DNA of 64,000 nucleotides from Eledone cirrhosa. Its lineage: Eukaryota. Of the stretch, positions 58,969 through 64,000 are shown in pieces; the first letter of the stretch is position 1; each line of letters begins with the position of its first letter. Made by a program: the position numbers and the translations under genes. The stretch covers positions 55,428,001 to 55,492,000 of the forward strand of contig OZ024740.1 in NCBI GenBank assembly GCA_964016885.1, read 5' to 3'. Below the pieces are notes generated by a model. It made no database searches. It had not been told where the DNA came from and worked only from the letters and a program-made list of their open reading frames with translations.

Positions 58969-61085
58969 GGTTACCCATATTTCGTCCATATAGAATGTAA
59001 GGTAATGTAGTTAGTTATTGTGTAGGCAAAGTACATATGTGTATGCAAATCAAATGGCTAATATACACACATACGCACACCCTCCCACGCGCACCACACA
59101 AACACTTATATATCCATATGTATATGGGCGTACGTCATTACTTTATCAAACTCATTGTTTCGTATATGCATCTAAATATAGCGAAATGAGTGGATATAGG
59201 AAGCTATAACAGTCATGAAAATGCTAGAAAAAACGATAAATAGAGCAAATAAAAAAAGGACAGAAATATTTAGGGAAATCTAGAAGTAGTATCAGTAGTA
59301 GTAGTAGAAGTAGTAGTAGTAGTAGTAGTAGGAGGAGGAGGAGGATGAGGAGGAGGAGGAGGATGAAGACGAATGTGTAGTAGAAGAATATTGTGTAAAC
59401 AATACGACAATGTATGGACTAATGCAGTTCCGTTTTGCATTAAATATTATGTATCTCCAAGCCGACATATTTATACAGTGACACTTTGGTGCATTGTATC
59501 TATGAGAATATATTTTCCAGCCATTTGTCTTGTTTAACAATAAAAGGAATTAGTGTGAGCAGTTTAGTTAAAATATTGTTATTGTTGTTACCTTGGTCGT
59601 GTTTGGTTAGTTTGTAATTAACCTGCTAAAAGAAGTTGTTGTAACCATTGTTTTCCTTTTTTTCTGTTTTGGTAATGGCAAGCACTATACGTTACTTTGG
59701 AAAACATAACTGAGAATATTGTACGCCTTTTATAGGTCACCTATGTTTTTATTTAACATTTAGGTATTATATTTTCTTTATTGTAGTCTAGTATGCGTGT
59801 TGTTGCAGCTTTTTCTCAGGCTGACTCTGATTTAGCAGATCTATAATGAAAGGCTTTCCAACCATGTCAATCCTGTATTTTAATGACAAATTGATCATTA
59901 ACTATATTATTCTGTTCTTTGTACATCATATTTTAACGGAGATCTGATTGCTATTTCTAGCACGTTTAAACGAGCATGTGTTCTCTCATTGGTTTGTTAT
60001 ACTCTCTCTCTCCCTCTCTCTATCTCTCACTATTTGTCCATGTGTACACATATGAAGCCTGGTTTGTTGATGATGTTGCTATTACTATTACTTGCTCACA
60101 AATGTGCGTCTAGCAACGCACTATTTAGCTGAGAATTGTTCTGTTCGTTCATTAATAATAATCTACTTTGCTGATTTCCTACTAAAAATGGTTACTCTTA
60201 TTCTATGCCATCCTTATGTTTTCTCAGGTTGTTGCTTGACCTACAAAATCGATTCTCATTTCCTAGTTGGTAGCCTGAAGCAAGTATGCAGTACATTTGA
60301 TAACGGACCACCATCTTTCCGTTCTCCAGCACCGACGCACTATTGTGTAGTGGAAAACACATTATTCGCCTCTCTTTGTAGCCTGCCTGCTTGTCGCTAG
60401 AACAAGGTCTTATACTAACATACATTACGACCCAAGGAAGAATTTGTTTTATATCGCTGTAACGAATAAGAGAAAAATATATTTTCTCTTTACTCGTGGA
60501 AATAATATGTATTCTGCTTATATATTTTGATAAATTGATTAAGTGTTTCAGATTCCTTCCCACATAAATACATGAATTGTATGTATGTGTAGTTTAGAAT
60601 AAACTCATGCTGTTTTCATGACAATAGTTCTGTAACAATAACAGGCATCTCGAGACACGTTTTTAGTCACCACTTATTCTAAAACACACTAGTATTTTCG
60701 GAAAATCTGAATTACATTCCTACAATCCTTCGGTATTGTTTTACTAAAAAGGGGCAATTTTTAAAATCACACGACTATTTTGTAAAAGAAAAGCAGCAAA
60801 ATTATATTGTGATAACGTTATCATCGGTAGAGAACCTTAGACTTTTAATCCCAATTTATAAATAGACTTTCCGTCAAATTTAACATACATGAAATATTTC
60901 GCTGGATATATATATATATATATATATATATGGGGGGGGGGAGAGAGTGTGTGTGTGTATGTATATCTACATATATAGACATACACACACACTCACTCAG
61001 ATAAGCAAGCGTTCAAATAGAAATAAGAAGAAAAAACAAACTGTTAAATGTGTGGAGAATAAATTTATCCACTTACAATTATTCT

Positions 61086-61155
<70 letters not shown>

Positions 61156-61219
61156 AGAAAATGAGTTGTTGTTTTTTTTAAATGAAAAAAAAAAACGAAA
61201 TGTCCTACACGAGTGAAAG

Positions 61220-61441
61220 TATAAGGAAAAAAGTTGAAATCGAAGATGCAACTGGAGTCTTTTTAAGAATATTTATTTGTTTCCTTTACCGGTTTCACAG
61301 TTCTTATGCCTTTCAAAGAAAAACCAGAAACCCTCTATCTCAATTCTACTTTTGAAAAGCATAAGAACTGTGAAACCGGTAAAGGAAACAAATAAATATT
61401 CTTAAAAAGACTCCAGTTGCATTTTCGATTTCATCTTTTTT

Positions 61442-61447
<6 letters not shown>
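61220..61447. repeat. Palindrome (~98 bp arms) with hammerhead-like cores at the inner ends
   Basis: Arms 61220-61318 / 61349-61447; CTT-TTGAAAA-GCA..TGT-GAAAC-CG-GTA-AAG on + near 61349-61383. Confidence 0.85.
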
Positions 61448-61482
<35 letters not shown>

Positions 61483-61524
61483 CATGTACCTGGCGAGACG
61501 CCTGGTTACTTCTGTTTACCTTTT

Positions 61525-61650
<126 letters not shown>

Positions 61651-62060
61651 GTATTTATGTGTGTGTATCTGTGTGTGTATTGATAACATATATAAACTAG
61701 ATTTGATACGTAAAATCATAAAATAAAATTCACTATACTCCACACGTTTTATTTTTTAACTTTGTGAACTACACACAGCAGTGTTATGTCTACAAGGAAT
61801 ATATATTAGGAGCTGCTTTAGATTAAAGAGAAATTATTCACGATGTATTTATATTAATTATTCATTCTCTGGTGCTTATGAAATGATTCCATTTCTATTT
61901 TTATCAGACTTGATATTATAACGCTGATCAAAATATTACAGCTTTACATTTTTAGATATAATTCCAGTAGGGAGCAAATATAATTTAATCAATATTGATT
62001 ACTTTGCAAATAAGGTATACATTTTACTTGAACTAATATTTTACTGTTACATATTTAGCT

Positions 62061-62099
<39 letters not shown>

Positions 62100-62115
62100 A
62101 ACTATCTCTCTCTCG

Positions 62116-62170
<55 letters not shown>

Positions 62171-62181
62171 ATAGTTACATT

Positions 62182-62228
<47 letters not shown>

Positions 62229-62237
62229 GCACACACA

Positions 62238-62295
<58 letters not shown>

Positions 62296-62296
<1 letters not shown>

Positions 62297-62497
62297 GAAA
62301 AAAGTCGGGACCCCGACGACTGAGCTCCGGCCGTTTCGACAGCTAGATCCGAACTAAGCCACCAGTGGCTGTCGAAAAGGCCGGAGCTCTGACGTCAGAG
62401 TCCTGACTCTTTTCATATTACCCACTCTACTACACTAAGTATTGAGAACTCTGGTGCGTTATGGTCCACCTAGTATCTTACTACACCGTCCTTGTTA
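62296..62497. mobile_element. Palindromic mini-element, same family as 31262-31456, opposite orientation
   Basis: Shared TATTACCCACTCTACTAC..TAAGTATTGAG..TGGTGC.TTATGGTCCACCT tail and GGACCCCGAC..GAGCTC..GCCGTTTCGAC arm; flanked by (TA)n. Confidence 0.7.
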
Positions 62498-62634
62498 TAT
62501 ATATATATGTATATATATATAGGAATTTTTAGAGGATTTTCTGATATATCGTCAGTCGATCGACTTTCGTCAAATCGGACCGAGGAAACAATGTTTCCAT
62601 AGGTATTTCCATTTGCTAATACTATCTATCGGTC

Positions 62635-62760
62635 GCAACTCCAGGTAGAAGGAGCAACGTGAAATAAAGCGTCTTGCTCAAGGACATAATGCATCGCCAG
62701 GTCCGGGAATCGAACTTACAATCTCACGATCGTGAATCCACTCAGCCACGCGCCTTCACT
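62635..62760 (-). mobile_element. tRNA-derived SINE with CORE-like domain (second SINE family)
   Basis: AGTGAAGGCGCGTGGCTGAGTGG head, GTTCGATTCC B box, TGTCCTTGAGCAAGAC. Confidence 0.7.
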
Positions 62761-62808
<48 letters not shown>

Positions 62809-62840
62809 TAAAAGTTTACATACATATAAACTAGATAGAG

Positions 62841-62905
<65 letters not shown>

Positions 62906-63002
62906 ATGTAATGATTCTATGGACTTACGTTTTTATATATTGCTCTGATTGTTAATTATTTAATTAATTCGTCATTGAGCCACACCGTGAATGGTTGCCA
63001 AA

Positions 63003-63051
<49 letters not shown>

Positions 63052-63685
63052 CTCTGTCTAGTTTCTATGTATATAAACTTTTAAATGTTATATACTCCCG
63101 TAAGGTTGAGTAAAACCTTAGGCAGTATTCGGCTTCGCTTACTAGCAACCAGCCTACCCGCCGACTGGCACCAATCACAAGCTTTCTGACTTGACCATGG
63201 CCACCTGACAATTCTTAGCCATGTTGAATTCGTTTCTGGCGGGGATCATTTAAGAAAAATCTTTGTGTAATTGAGTTTATCTCCTGATGAATTCCAAACT
63301 CGTTGATTTATCCAAGATCGCATATATCCAAAAAGTGAATGAAGCTTCCGGGGGTAGAGATAGATTTTGATGATTTTGGTATGTTTATGTACATTTTTTC
63401 ATCTAACTTTGATTTTGTACCTAATTGTGTATGGTTAACTATATATCTAGTCAATTTCTACAGGCTATCAGAACTACTAGGTAAAGTTTGTGTGGCTGTG
63501 AATCTCGGATAAAAAGGTATCATTTATTTATCTATTATTGCTTCATAAGTATATTTTAAACTTATAGCCTCGTTTAAATGTTTTTTTTTGTGTGGTTAAT
63601 TATGCTGATTGGGAGAACAAATACTGTATATATATTCTATCTAATGATTCTATGAACTTACTTTATATATATATATATATATATA

Positions 63686-63771
<86 letters not shown>

Positions 63772-63825
63772 ATGCTTTGGGAGGGTCATGTTGCCAATAC
63801 GTCTTGCTAAACACATTCAAAAACG

Positions 63826-63865
<40 letters not shown>

Positions 63866-64000
63866 TCAGTATACATATGTACATCCACATATGTATACTG
63901 AAATACTAGTATGTATATGAATACACACACGTGTACATATGTAGATGTACCGAGTTTTTCACTGGACACTTTACTGTGAGTGTTCAGCTAGTCTGTATGT

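Noticed and set aside
59292-59540. Poly-Ser/Tyr ORF or acidic exon
   Set aside because: (GTA)n/(GAG)n microsatellite with no supporting gene structure

Overview
Eukaryotic, AT- and microsatellite-rich repeat region; the SINE types and repeat content suggest an octopus/coleoid cephalopod (inference). No host protein-coding gene is recognisable. 1-27.6 kb is a head-to-tail tandem array (minus strand) of near-identical, full-length ~6.0 kb L1/Tx1-clade non-LTR retrotransposons (ORF1 with RRM-like region and CCHC knuckle; ORF2 with APE endonuclease, RT and CCHC), separated only by (AAT)7-10 spacers. Two spacers carry an identical 815 bp 5'-truncated R4/Dong-type (REL endonuclease) element in the opposite orientation. 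A second Tx1/Dong cluster at 38.8-46.1 kb has the same antiparallel arrangement and contains a Tx1 copy with a closely related ORF2 but a highly divergent 5'UTR/ORF1. Main hypothesis: an (ATT/TAA)n microsatellite niche shared by an APE-type LINE, a REL-type LINE and a MetaSINE whose 3' end resembles the Tx1 3' end, with each insertion regenerating the target. The rest holds decayed Tx1, RTE and CRE fragments, three Naiad-like Penelope elements, hammerhead ribozyme motifs (one canonical, some U3-A8 variants) and several hammerhead-centred palindromic mini-elements in (TA)n tracts.
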